Positions 10,641 to 25,309 of a stretch of 64,000 bases of DNA are shown here, piece by piece. The stretch lies in the NCBI RefSeq assembly GCF_009914755.1, contig NC_060934.1. One strand, given 5' to 3'. Made by a program: the position numbers and the translations under genes. Positions within the stretch are counted from its first letter, which is position 1. Each line of letters begins with the position of its first letter. Source of the stretch: the human T2T-CHM13v2.0 reference genome, Homo sapiens. Below the pieces are notes generated by a model. It saw nothing but the letters and a program-made list of their open reading frames with translations, was not told the DNA's origin and did no database searches.

Positions 10641-11932
10641 CAGTGGGAAGAAAGTGCGTGTTTATCAACAAGGCACCAGTATCCACACGAGCCCTACGAA
10701 CCATGAGCCGATGGGCCTTTCAAATCACTGGAAACCTGGAATTGCGTCCAGGACACACACTCGGCCACATTCTGAATCTATGAGTCGAATCGCACCTGGG
10801 CCTGGCTCGCTCCTGTTTCTTCACGTCACGGAGTGCAGATTTTCTCTCCAGGATAGCGCTTCTATTATTGCTCTGTTTCCCACGTGCAAGTTTTCTTCTC
10901 ATGCTCAGCCAGGCTTGTTGCTTGAACAAACAGCAAACTGTGATGTTCCGACACCATCTGGGCCAAGGAGGCAGCAGACCGTGTTGCAATGTGACACTTG
11001 GCACAGGATGACGCCATCACCACCAAAGCCCCTGTGCTCTGGTGGAAGCAAAGAGACTGAGGTCAACCACAGCCACTCCTGAACACCAAGCTCAGCACAC
11101 AAGCAATGTCCCCCTGGAGCTGATCCTGCAGGCTTCCCACCCCACATTCCCACAGTGCCTGATCTGTTGCCAGAGAGACGTCAAAGCCACTGAGTCCACG
11201 CTTCTTGTAAAACATGAACATTACAGGCCAGATTACGCCAGTGCCCTCCAAAATGAAATGCAGAGATCCCGAAACCACAACTAGTCCCTGTCATTGTAAC
11301 CAGCTTGGCCTCAGATGCACAACCCATGTGGACCCAGCCCCACTTGTGTTTAAATGACAAAGAAATCGAGGTGCACAGCCAGTTGTCTCCACCTGAGATG
11401 TGGATTTAAGACTTGACTTGTTCCTGCTTGGTCATTGTTCTGTGGATTCCAGCCTCACAGCCCCTGCCTACATCTCATGAAAGAGCCTGCCCACCGGGCA
11501 TGAACCTGGCTTACCTGAGTCCTTCCAAATAACCTACGTATTTCTCCTCATTTAACTTTCCAGCTTTTTCATCACTGCACAATGCTGCCTTCAAGCTCCC
11601 ATGTCTAGGAATGATGTGGACCCACCACCTGTAATGAGAGTGTGACAAGCACAGAGCCACACGCAAATTACCAGGTTCTTTAGTTATAATACAGTATCCT
11701 CGATGAAAATGTTAAGTTCACTGAAGAATTGCTTGACCACAACTTAAAGAATAGGTTTGGTTAAAAAGTGTAAGTGCACACTTGCTCCAGTGTGTCTCTC
11801 TAGTCCCCGTCCTGTAGACTTCACATTGCACAGTGTTGCTCGACGTCTAATACATACTGTGAGCTAGGTGTGAGCTAGATCATTACCGCCTTGCCTGGAA
11901 CTATTAGTGGTGGTCTTACCTATTAGCCTTTC

Positions 11933-12278
11933 TGTGCATAAGTGCATGTACCTATGTGTGCATGTGCACATGTATTCCTGAGTGTATGTGCATGTGTGTA
12001 TATGTGTATGTGCATATGGGTGCATGTGTGTACATGCGTGTGCATGTGTTCATGTGTGTATGTGCATATGGGTGCACGTGTGTGCATATGCGTGTGCTCG
12101 TGTGCATGTGCATGCATGCATGTGTGTGCATATTTGTTCATGTATGCATGTGCATGTGTGCACATATGCATATGTATGCATCTGTGTATGTACATATGCA
12201 TGCATCTGTGTATGTGCATATGTGTTCGTGTGTGCATGTGCATGTGTGTGTGTGTGCATTTGAATATGTGTGCATGCT
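11933..12278. repeat. (TG/TGCA/TATG)n alternating purine-pyrimidine tract
   Basis: About 345 bp, directly visible. Confidence 0.92.
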
Positions 12279-12348
12279 CAGACTGTGATCATGGGAAATG
12301 ATCTTTTCTGGAAATAGCATTTAATCTAAAGACAAAAAGAAGAAACAT

Positions 12349-12633
12349 GGAGGAATCCCAGCACTTTGGGAGGCTGGTGGGGGTGGGGGGTGTGGATCAT
12401 GAGGTCAGGAGTTCAAGACCAGCCTGGCCAACATGGTGAAAAATCTCTACTAAAAATACAAAAATTAGGCAGGCATGGTGGCACGTGCCTGTAGTCCCAG
12501 CTACTCAGGAGGCTGAGGCAGGAGAATCACTTGAACCCAGGAGGTAGAGGTTGCAGCAAGCCAAAATTGCGCCACTGCACTCCAGCCCGGGCGACAGTGA
12601 GAGACTCTGTCTCAAAAAAAAAAAAAAAAAAAA
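12349..12633 (+). mobile_element. AluS (Sg-like), first ~25 nt missing
   Basis: ggatcatgaggtcaggagttc; A20 tail; TSD aagaagaaacat ending at 12348 and 12643. Confidence 0.92.
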
Positions 12634-13019
12634 GAAGAAACATATAGGTATGGTGTGTTTTATTTTTCTCCAGAAACATTTTTAAATTTTTCTTTTAATG
12701 AAAATGTATCATTTTCTTTACTTAACACAAACTACAATTGTGATAATTAATCTGAAACATGCCTTTATTAATGACAATTTAGAAAATATAGAAAGACACA
12801 AAGAAGAAAATGAAAATCATTCATCCCAATGATTACAAATAAGTTTTATGGACACACTAGCATAGAGCTTTCAGCAATCTTCTAGCCATATGTATATTTA
12901 AACGACGCATGGATTAACAATATGTTGTGTATCATGACCCATTTTTATAATTTAAAATATTTGTTAAATAATTCATGTCATTAAACAGTGCTTTACAAAT
13001 TTCAACATTAATAATGTTA

Positions 13020-14150
13020 CTATTCAGTTGAGGAATTAGTGGCTTAACACCATGAAAGTTAAGTACAAGAATATCCGGGAAGAGTGTGGGGCAGGGCTCT
13101 GTTCCACACAGACACTCATGGATCTAGGTTGAGAGAGGCCCTGGGTTGACATTGTAACAGCAGAAGGCACGGTTAAAGCACACACACTCACACAGGAGGT
13201 TTTCATGACTCAGGTCTGGAAGGGTTGGCCTCCTTCTGAGTACCTTTTTTTTAACAAGAAGTGAATCACACCAGCACACCGAATTGACAGGCACCTGGGA
13301 AGTAAAGTCTTGTAGGTACAGGAGTCCCTATTTTCGTCTGATCTCGGGCACCTGGCTTCACCCACACCATTTGCTTAAAACCTTTCTTAATTTCATCTTT
13401 GGCTGCTTGGGGTCTCAAAGCAATCACCGTTTCTAACCCTGCAAACCCCGCAAAATTTAGTTTGCCTGTTTTCTTGATTCTGCTGGTCAGTTGCTGACTC
13501 ACGTCTGTATGCATCTCTTTCTCCAACAGCATGCTAAATGCTGCTGGTGCCAACAGCACCCCTAATTGAGTGTGCTTTTCCACCCTCCTTCCTGGGAGTT
13601 TCACGTCTGGCTAGCCTCTAGGTTGCCTTCCACATTATCCCAGCTGTGCTGTTCCACTGAACGTGTTTGCCACCGCGTCAGACAGATCTTAATTTCTCAG
13701 CTTCTGAAAAGTGCAGGGCCCCAGGACTAACCAACATCACATATGTTAGGTTGTCTTACAGTAGCACCCTACTTCCAGGACCAGTTTCATATGAATTAAT
13801 GTAATTGACCTGCTGTCATAAAGAAACCCTGAAATATAAAGTTGTTAATATCGGTTAGTAAAGTCCTACTGATGGCTTTGGGCAAGGGGTGTGTGCTCCA
13901 TGGAGCCATCAGGAAGCCCCTGCTGAGGGCAGTTCTGTGATTTTACTGCAGGGTTGAGGCTCATCTGGTCAACCACATTCAGCCAGCAGAGGAGGAAAAG
14001 AGAGCACTGAGGAATCCAATAAGCCAGACCTAGAGAAGGTTCTCATCCCTTCGCTCCTCCAGGAGCACTGCGCAGGCTCCTAGCCAGGAGTGGCGGGAGC
14101 CATGCCACCCCCCAGGGGCAACCTCAGCTCAGCAAGAATTCTCTGGATGG
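13020..14150 (-). mobile_element. Old MLT1 (J/K-like) LTR-internal-LTR remnant
   Basis: LTR-like 13020-13315 and 13790-14150; agcaccctacttccaggaccagtttc (~13763-13788) resembles the MaLR internal/LTR junction. Confidence 0.45.
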
Positions 14151-16004
14151 AAAAGAATGATAGAATTCTGGTGGCCAGCCAGCCGTTTCTCCCACACAGG
14201 CATTGAAAAATAAAGAGGTAATTATTTGGAATGAAAATGGTATGGATTACGATTTTATGTTGGGTCAATTATTTCCTGGTGAATTATGCCGGCATCTCCC
14301 TCTCCTCACAGAACTCTCTCTATGTTGCTGTGTGAAATGGATCCCTGGGAGGTGTCCCGCAAGGCTCTTCCAGAGCAGCCCACACTGGTGTGGGGGATTT
14401 TCCGGCTTCACTCACAAAGCAGGCCTGCCCTGTGGCCTTCCTGACTTTTGGGTCTATTATTTTTTTATAAATCTTAAGTTCCAATGGTCATGTATTATTT
14501 GACCTAATATTCCTTTTTTTCTACTGAATACTACAGGTAGAATAAAGTCATTTTGATTTCATCCAATTATGACATTTCCAGTAAATATCTCTAAGTTATA
14601 GGGGTTTATCTTGTAGTAATATAGAAGTCAGATTCCAATAATAAATGCGGGCATGTAATTAACATACCTAGGTTTATAATCCCAGTTTACCATTTTATAC
14701 CCAGAGTCACAAAATTATAAAACATGTATGATGTCAGAAACGCTTTCAAAAGTATTCCCAGCAAAAAACTTAATGCAAAACCTAAAGAAACTCACACATA
14801 CTGGATCCTTTAAAAAAGAATGTGCTGACTGTATTAATATAACATTAAAATTTAAATAATCTAAATTATCTTGGAATTCTGTACATCTTAGGAAGATTAT
14901 ATTCATTAAGAAATGATATGCTGTTGTAGCATTAGAGGCTTACTCTAAATCCACAGTTTCAATGTTTATATATAAATGTTTTTCCATTAACATAATTATT
15001 CCTATATGTCCATAACTATATGTTATTTATACAATGAATGTATATGCACATTTTATATCAATAAAAGAGCATTTTATCTTTAAAGATTTTATAAAAGAAC
15101 ATTATAGAATAACATTTTATATGTAAAAATGTGTGTGTATATATATGTATATAAAATTATTATTTTCCCTGATTATTAAAAGCATAGCTATTGTGGGAAG
15201 TACCCAAAATAATAAAATAAAATATATTAAATGTAAAAGAATGACAATAAATGCCTAAATCATCTATAATCTCTATCCATCTTTTAATCCTTTATTTTTC
15301 TTTTCAAATAGATTTACAAACTCTGACTTTCATCATAGTCACAATTTCTCAGGTTAAAAAAATTATTTTTATCCTCAATTGTGAGGAGTCTGCGCCCACA
15401 CACCTAAGTCTTCACTCATCATTCTCCCCTCAAAGGCATCTAAAAAACAGTTATGAAGTTGGGAAAATTTATCCTCCTGCTGTTTGGGGAATATGCCAAC
15501 ACGTACTGTATCCTAGGTGGTCATTCCTGTAGCACGTCATGGTAGCGTTCTAGCTAATGGAAAGAGGATTCGCAAGTGCGATTCCCAACCACCTGCACCC
15601 ACACGTAGCTTCTGTCTGCATCTCACCTCAGGCAAACATGCTTTGGAGAAATTGAAGAGAGGCCAGCGTTCCTGACAGTTTTTCCCAGGAGAGGCCTAAA
15701 GCAGTTCAGCCAGGGATTTACAGCCTGGAAGTCATGGTGCTTTAAGGGTACGATCTGGTAGCTCAAGGCATTTCTCCAGTTTTTGTTCCATTACTAATCA
15801 GGTGCCATGCAGTTCTAAAATCGGATTCACCCTCTAGGCAACCTCCCTGGGTAGTGAGAACACTGGTTCTCAGGGGCAGGTGTTGTTAGCGCCTGTTCCG
15901 GAGAAACTCTGCTCCAGCCTGCCTAGAGGTCTCCTGTCCAGTAAAGACTAGATGAAGAAAGTAAGAACTGAAAAGGGATAAAATAATGAACTTTATGTTT
16001 TCTA

Positions 16005-16080
16005 CTTGTTTTTCTGTTTGTTTAGGTATGGTGTCTTGCTCTGCTGCCCATGCTGGAGTTCAGTGGTGCAATCATAGCTA
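16005..16080 (-). mobile_element. Short AluJ/FLAM fragment
   Basis: gtcttgctctgctgcccatgctggagttcagtggtgcaatcatagct. Confidence 0.7.
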
Positions 16081-16099
16081 TGTATATTACCTTTTCTTT

Positions 16100-17670
16100 A
16101 AAAAAGTTTAACTTTTAGAACAGTTTTCAATTCCCAGCAAAATTGAGAAAAAGGTACAGGAAGTTCTCATATATTCCCCAGCTCCCACACATGGACATGC
16201 TCCCGCCATCAGCACCTCCCCTGGAGGGTGCATTTGTTACAATGGATGAACCTACATGGACATATCACTGTTACATAGAGTCCACAGTGCAACTGAGGGC
16301 TCGCTCTGGGTATTGTACACTTTGTGGGTTTGAACAGATGTATAATGACATGGAGTCACCATTGCAGCATCGTAGAGTAGTTTCACCAGCCCCCAGATCC
16401 CCCAAATCCGCTGTGCTCAGCTTGCTCATCCCTGGCTTCCCCTAACCCAGGGCGACCACTGGTCTTTTTACTACCTTTATAGTTTTGCCATTTCCAAAAT
16501 GTTGCTGAGTTGAATGACACAGTATATAGCCTTTTCAGATTGGCTTCTTTAACCTGGCAATATGCATTGAATGTTACTCCATGTTTTTGCATGATGATAG
16601 TTCACTTCCTTTTTTCAGCAGTGTATAATATTCCATCATCTGGATGTACCGCCGTTTATTTATCCATGTCACTGAAGGACATCTTGGTTGCTCCCAAGTT
16701 TTGGAAGTTATGAGTAAGGCTGCTATAAACATCTGTGGATAGGTTTTTATCTGGACATATTTTAACGCTGATAAATACCAAGGAGTGTGATTACTGGATA
16801 GTATGGTAAGCATATGTTTAATTGGGTAGGAAATTGCAAGCTGTCTCCACAGTGGCTGTACCATTTTGCAATTCCACCAGTAAAAGATGAGAGTCCCTGT
16901 TGCTCCACATCCTCTCCAGCATGTTGGTGTTGTCAGTGGGTTTCGGCCATTCCACTGAGTGTGCAGTCGAGTCTTATTGTTTTAACTTCCATTTCCCTGA
17001 GGACCTATGACGTGGAGCATCTTCTCCTATGCGTGTTTGCCAGCTGTAGATGTTCTTTGATGAGGTGTCTGTTCAGGTCCTTGGCGCATTTTTTAATCCG
17101 GTTGTTTGTTTTCTTATTGTTGAGTTTTAGGACTTCTTTGTATATATTTTGGATAACAGTCCTTTATCAGATGTGTATTTTGCAAATATATCCTCCCAGT
17201 GAGTGGCTTGTCTTGGCAGTGCTTTTCACAGAGCAGAAGTTGTTAATTTGTTTGAAGTTCAGCTAATCAGTCCTTTCACGGACTGTGCCTTTGGTGTTTT
17301 ATCTAAAACATCATGGTTGTGCCCAAGGTGGCCAAGATTTTCCCCTCTGATATCTTCCAGTTTAGAGTTTGCCTTTTGTGGTTATGTCTAGGATCCATTT
17401 TGAGTAAAGTTTTGTGATGGGTGTAAGGTCTGTGTCTAGATCCTGCCCCCCCACACACACTTTCTTTGCCTGTGGATGTCTGGTTGTTCCAGCACCATTT
17501 GTTGAAAAATGATCTTTTCTCTACTGAGTTGCCTTTGCCCCTTTGTCAAAGATGGGTTGACTGCATCTGGGTGGGTCTGTTTCTGAGCTCTGTGTTCTGT
17601 TCCCTTGATCCATTTGTTCTTTCTTTCACTAATGTCACACTGTATTGATTACCATGGTTGGCAGTAACTC
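16100..17670 (-). mobile_element. L1MC1-like 3' end (ORF2 C-terminus and 3'UTR)
   Basis: Minus ORF VQPLW...QMFIAALLITSKTWEQPRCPS...MEYY is the L1 ORF2 C-terminus; 3'UTR motif catttgttacaatggatgaacctaca. Confidence 0.85.
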
Positions 17671-20349
17671 TTCAATGTTTACTACTTTTAATACACTAAA
17701 TACAGTTCCAAGACTATGGGTTTTTAAAGCTCTAAAATATCTTTTATTCTAAATAGTTTAAACTGTATCCTTTTTGTTCCAGTTTTGGCATTTTTCTTCT
17801 TGAGAAAGCTAAAATATGATGGGTGTCTCCTCTATGGCAATGGTGCCAGGGACTGGACAAAGTACACATTATAGCCGAGACCCTGGGGGCTGGGGCACTG
17901 ATCAGAGGGTGCAGAAAACAGGAAATGACCCAGCGTTCATAAATGTCTGTGCTTTAAGTTGTTACAAAGGCCGTGGTATTTGTTTTACTCGATGGATTGA
18001 TGGATGCGGTAAACGTGGATTGGGATTTTATTTCTCAGCAATGCAAGCAGCTAGGAAAGGCAGAGACTTTGAATGCTGCTCAAATGAAATACAGGAGTGT
18101 GCCTTAAGCGCTACGCTCTGCACAATGCCAGGAATTTTGAGGAAATTCAAAGCCGATACTTCTCAAGCCCAGATATCCTCACATTATTCACATATGCACT
18201 ACATTTTTCTAGACACTATGTAATCATGTAACTCTGGATGGTATTTCAGGTAATGGCATAAGAAAATGATTTTCAACTTCTTTTCTTTAAAAAAAAAAAA
18301 AGCTTAGAAGTAGTTTCTCTTACCAGTAGGCGAGACAGAAAAAAATCTAATATTCCTTTCCTTTTAGAAAAGATTTATTGACCTGCTAACATTTCTGAAC
18401 TTCTAAAACATAAAGTGACAAATATGAGACTCATAAAATATCCTGGTTCTGATGTGCGAGACAGCGGAACTCGATAACAAATACTGACTGGGAACCACAG
18501 TAGCAGAACCGCTCAGCCAGAAACTCAAACCTGCCAAGAAACTGTTTAAAGACGAAGGTGGAGAAACCTTCTCTAGCAAGGGTCTTTTAACACTGTCAGA
18601 GGCCGTTCTGTTGCTCTGCAGAAACACAAGAAAGACAGATTGTATTCTCATGCTTGGATGTGCCAACATTTCTGCCCAGAGCACTGCTAACTATGTATTA
18701 TTTCCAGGATGACTTGTTTCTTTATTTTTAAAGGTAACCAACATTTTTAATGCAAATATAATTAGTGTGAAACAGTAATTGGTATGGGTACTTCTTACAT
18801 ATTCATTTGCATTGTCTCAAAACCTCAGAAAAAAGAGTCTATTTATTTTAAAGAAAGAGGAACATTCATTTCTCTTTAAATGCATTTTACCTGTTAAATT
18901 TTCTGTCAAAAATGCCTCCCTCTTTCTTTAGAAGAAAAATAAAATGCTAATTTCTATACCTACATACAACACTCAATCAACGATCTTTTCTCCTGAGCAC
19001 ATTCGCCAATTGCCCACCTACCCCCAAGTGACTTATGGTGACACATAATATAGAAATGACATTTCACACCATGACTTCCAGAGGCCTGTTTTATTAGGAA
19101 TTTGTCCTGTGTGTAGATTTCTGGGCAGACAAAAACTTGCTCTTTCTATCACCAAGATCACCTTTTTTAAGGTTTCCTACTTATTTCCTAAAAGCAATTG
19201 TTTCTTCTTTCACCCTTACCAAGTCTTTCCTTTCCTAACACACTGTTTATTTACAACCTTTGTTCGAGAGGGTCCCAAACACTCACATGGCCTTGTGGAT
19301 ATTAAATAGTTACGGCTTGCTATAGTTTCATAATTGACTTTTCTAACACTGCAGAAATTTCAGATAGAGGGATAACCTGACCAACATATCTTTTGTGTAG
19401 CATGCCCTTTTATTTGAATTTCTTGTAAAGAAGTAACGTTATAGAAATTGCGACATTTTAAAGCAGCATGTGACTTAAGTACCTATGGATAAAGATTCCA
19501 CTGGTGCCCTTCGGGCCGCAGGTAAAGCGTCTCCCAGAACTCACAATGATAACCTGCCTGGCTTTACTAGGGTGTTCTGTTTATCCACCAAGTGCAGGAC
19601 TGGGGCTTCCTGCGTTTTCATCTACTCCACCCATTAAAAGTAGTCCATCACACCACTTCAAGTGGCCTCTCAACTTTAACCTTTTGCCTCCAATGGCGAA
19701 ACTGAAGTATTTGAGATAAATCTCAGTAACATGGATTTCAGGAAGTTGAAATCAGGATTCTTCTCATCTGCAGTCACAAACCGTGAATCCAGTAGCTTCC
19801 TTCTAGCTGGAAGGATAAACAGTTCCATGTCATTGCCTGAGATTGCCTCTGAACAGTTTATGGATCGTGGATGTGGATCTCCCAGGGACCTCACCTCCTC
19901 CTCTCTCTGTGCTTCCCACTTAGCACTGAGGGGCCAGCAGGTGCCTTCTCCAGGCCCTGCCCTACCATCCCAGAGGGCCCTTTTGTGTTCATTCCTAAGT
20001 GCATTCGCTGTCATCTAGTTACTAGTGATATTTCAAGGCATCTGCATTATCAGGCACTTCCAGAGGCCCCTGGACTTCCTCTCTCCAACGTTAATATATT
20101 CTTTCCACCTGTCCTCTATGGAAACAAATGTTGGTGGGACATTTGTACACCTGTTTTTCCAAATTTCTTTTTATGCCCCTTCGTATAATAGTAGAGCACA
20201 AATAACATCCACCCACAGGCCTCTTTGGGCTCATTATTGTCTAGTCCTTTTGATTTCAGACTATTCGCTTTTCAGGGGAAAGATGCTATTTCCTGGAGTT
20301 ACTCCATACTGTCCATTGCCAAACGTTGTGCTATATATAAAAAAATTGC

Positions 20350-21413
<1,064 letters not shown>

Positions 21414-22649
21414 AAAAATTGCAAGTACAATGATGGAAACAATGCAAACCGTGGTAATCACCCAAATCTACAACATTCAGCTTTCCTTAAATGATGAGCT
21501 ACTAGTGGAAAATGGCAATGGATACGAGCTCAACCTCAACTGGTATATAGCTGTCTGCAAACAAAAGCCAAACTTGGAGAAGTGAGCTTTGTTTCCTGAT
21601 AAGACAAGTTATTTAATGATTGCTAATCTGAATATCTGGACCCGTTGTCGAACTGCGCCAAGGACAGCTTAATGGAAACAGCGACATATATTCCCAAATA
21701 TATTGCAGTTACAAACCTGTGGCAGGTCTTTAGCAAAGTAGTGAAGCCAGTTCCATCCCAACCTTCCAACCCAAAGTTACTCTGCTTTGCTTTCTCTTCC
21801 TTTCTTTTATAAAGTCAGGGGGTTTTTGCTCCTTGAAGGTGCTATAGGCCCCTGGCGAGCCTTCCCTCCCCTGCCCTCTTTGCCTTCAGTTAAATCTTAC
21901 GGCTTTTGAGAACAAGTTGCTGATGGTTCTCTTCTCAGCAAGGTACCAAGAAGTGGTCAACAAAATAATCAGAGAAGTCTGCCTCAGCTAATGTCTTCAT
22001 TTACTATTTGCACTTTATTTACCTCAAACTTCTCATCCATTGATTAATTCAGATATCAAATGGATCCTCTGTACTTGAAAAGGACAAATAATAAAAAGGA
22101 CAATAAAAAGGACAAATAATAAAGTCATCATGGCTAAGGAATTTACATCTTTCCTTGAAAAACAGCCTAATACAATGGAAATAATAGAAATGGAATTCTG
22201 TCATTTAGGTTTGCATTTTTCTAATTATGGTATTAAAGGTGAGAACAACTAAGTAAGAGTTGGAAGAAGGAAAACTAATAAGAGCTGGGAAAATTCACAT
22301 GGAGAAGCAAACAGAGGATCCTGTTTAACTTCACACAATTTGGGGACAAAGATCCCAAACGCTGGTGAAACTGTCCCAAGGTAGAATGGAGAATTAGACT
22401 CCAACCCTGGCCCTGGAATCTTAATCAAGTTCTTTTTCTTTTAAATTACAAACGGGCAGAGAACTTTGCCTGGGAGCATGGGACTTGAGCTGAGGTTTGA
22501 TCATGGGAAGGATTCAAAGTGGAGGATCTTCTAACATCATCAGAAAGCAAGCCCTCTGGAAGAAGTCATGATGGGCTCTGTACCTGCAGGTGGGACCACA
22601 GAAAAGAGAAGCAGGCATTTCTGAAGGCTTTTGGACAAGATCAGTCAGC

Positions 22650-23050
22650 TTCGCCAAGGTCAGAAACCATCCCCAAATCTTCGTGGCTTACCACAGGTGA
22701 TAGACACGTCTGACTCACATCACCCATGGCTACAGGTCAGCGACCCTGCAGCTTTGCTCCAGGTGGCCATTCTGCCCTGAGGGCTGTCTCATCCTAGAGC
22801 ACGTGCGGAGCACCCTTTTTTCAGAACACACTGTTCTCATGGCAAAGGGCAAAGGCAAAAGGTCAAGCCAAAGCAGACATCTCTACTTAGAGCTCCTGCT
22901 CCGATAAGACGACTGTCACAATGACTCAAATCAGTCACTCACCAGGCTGACGATGGAAGAGGCAGACTCCCTCCACCTAGCAGGGGCAGCTGCACATCCA
23001 AGGATGGTGGTGGGTGCAGAATCTTGTCACAGGGATGGAGCAAACAGTCA
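22650..23050 (-). mobile_element. Old MLT1 (H/I/J-like) LTR fragment
   Basis: ctgttctcatggcaaagggcaaaggc...aagccaaa...ggggcagctgcacatc motifs. Confidence 0.4.
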
Positions 23051-24668
23051 CATCAGCCAACGCCAGTTTAGCTTTGAATGTGAGAATGCATTATTTTTGC
23101 AGAAATATTTCCTAGTGACTTTGTTACATTATTGGAAATTTTGCAACATAATTCTCCAAAGATTGCTTATCTTTAATACTATCCACCTGATTTATTTTGC
23201 ATCTCCCCCAAATAAAACACACATGTGATGTCCATCCTTTCTACTGCTGCCTGCTCATTGGAGGTCAGTGGGCGCTGACTTTGTCTTTCTGACAGTCAAA
23301 TTTAAGAACTATCAGAGAAGAGTTTGAACAGGAATTGACTCAAGCATGACTGAATTTACAATGGCAGTGTGAAAATCTTTAGTCCAAGTTTACAAAAAAT
23401 TTTTTGAGCCAATGAAACAAAAAAGAAAAAGAAAATTCTTTGACAAGTGCCTGACATTTTTCTTAGAGTTTTGTTTTTACAGATGCTTTCCTATGTCAAG
23501 AGATGCAAAGGCCTGACAACCACCATGCTCATGGTAACCTAGGAAACGTAACCAACGGTAGCCTGTTTGGCAATCATAAAAATGAATTTATATTAAAAAT
23601 AAATACTTCTGATCCTCTTGTCTAGCCAATTATCCTAATTAGATTGAAAAATCCTGACATTTCCAATTAGCATTTATGACAAAATATATATCTGCAAATA
23701 CAGCAGAAGATAAATACTGATTTGTGAAACTAGAATGAATTGCAGAGACAGTACAATGTGTTAACATTATTATCTAACTTCTATTACTTTTGAATGGAAA
23801 CAATCATTTGTAAATTATAAGTGTCAGTAAAAACGTAAGTGAAACATTTGGAAATGAAATATGTCAAGTTGGTCTCAAAGCAAACAGAAAGCAAAAAAAA
23901 AATGGTTTTTTCACTGAAAAGTCTGCTGAAGCCTATAAAGCATTCTAACTATCTGTCAGTGGTTGCTCAGTGGAGACTAGAAAATAGGTCTCCATAGCTA
24001 GTCTACTGCAATGTATTGGGATAATCTGAAGAGCATAAAGTTCAATGGAATGTCTATTGACTTTATAAACTTCCTACAAAGATTGCAGCTCACAGTCACT
24101 TCAACAATGACAATCATCGCTAAGGGGTATTGAACTGTGGCCCCATCCTAGATTTAGGAGAAACCTAAATATGGATTTTAACTCTGTAGAGATCCATAGA
24201 GTCTACAGAAACACTCTGTTGAGTTTTCTTTTCACTTTTTGTGCTGAAACTCTGAGTTTTTTGTTTGTTTGTTTGTTTTGTTTTTTTTTAACTAAGTTGG
24301 TCATTGAGAGACAAATCATATCACAGCCAGGTGGAGCTATAAGAAATTTTAACACCTACTTTTTCTGTGAACGCCTCCATGACATTGGCCTACAATGCTC
24401 CCCTGGTTCCTCTGATGCTGCCTGACCACGCGTGGTATTTGTACACCCTTCCTGGGACTGTGAACTATCAATATATGTGTATCCTGTAACTTGCAAAGTG
24501 TTGAAAAACTGGGACCTGAACCCTGGCTCACCTGCTCTCACCTACAACATTTTGCTAGTTATAGAGAAAGAGAATTAAATAAAATAAATTACATTTTAAA
24601 AACTCTGTTTATTTGGCTAAATAATCAGATATTTGCTGTAATAAAGACTATGTTTGTTCCAATAACTC

Positions 24669-24987
24669 TTTTTTTTTTTTTTTTTTTTTTTTTGAGACAG
24701 GGTCTTGCTCTGTCACCTAGGCTGGAGTCCAGTGGCACTATCTTGGTTCACTGTAACCTCTGCCTCCGGGTCTTAGGTCATCCTCCCACCTTAGCCTTCT
24801 GTGTAGCTGGTAGCACAGGCAAGAGCCACCACACCCGGCTAATTTATTTATTTATTTATATTTTTTGTAGAGACAGATGTCTCGCCATGTTGCCCAGACT
24901 GGTTTCCTACTCCTTAGCTCAAAACGATCTGCCCACCTCGGCCTCCCAAAGTTTTGGGATTACAGGCACGAGACACTGCACTCTGCC
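24669..24987 (-). mobile_element. AluJ
   Basis: gagacagggtcttgctctgtcacc, tcctcccaccttagcc, ttttttgtagagac, ttgcccagactgg (J diagnostics). Confidence 0.9.
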
Positions 24988-25309
24988 CTATAATTAACTA
25001 TTATAAAGAGCTTTTAAACATATCTTTTATTAAAATTTTTTAACTTAAGAAACCATAGTAACAAGTGGCCAAAAAGCTGTGAAAACCATTCCAATGAACC
25101 ATTCCAATGGATATAATCTCTCTCTGTCGAGTGGGTTGCAGAGAGGTTGATTCCTGGTGTAACCCTTCAACTTTGAACCTTCAACCCTGCAACCTAGAGA
25201 TGTTTGTCTGCACCCCCACCCCCAACACACACAGGCACACATGCACGGCCACACAGATACACACAGACTCACAGACACCTACCCGTACACAATGGATGTG
25301 TCAGGTAAG

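Noticed and set aside
11923-12320. Cys/Val/Met- and His/Thr-rich ORFs resembling metal-binding proteins
   Set aside because: Artefact of the TG/CA repeat, which lacks stops in most frames.
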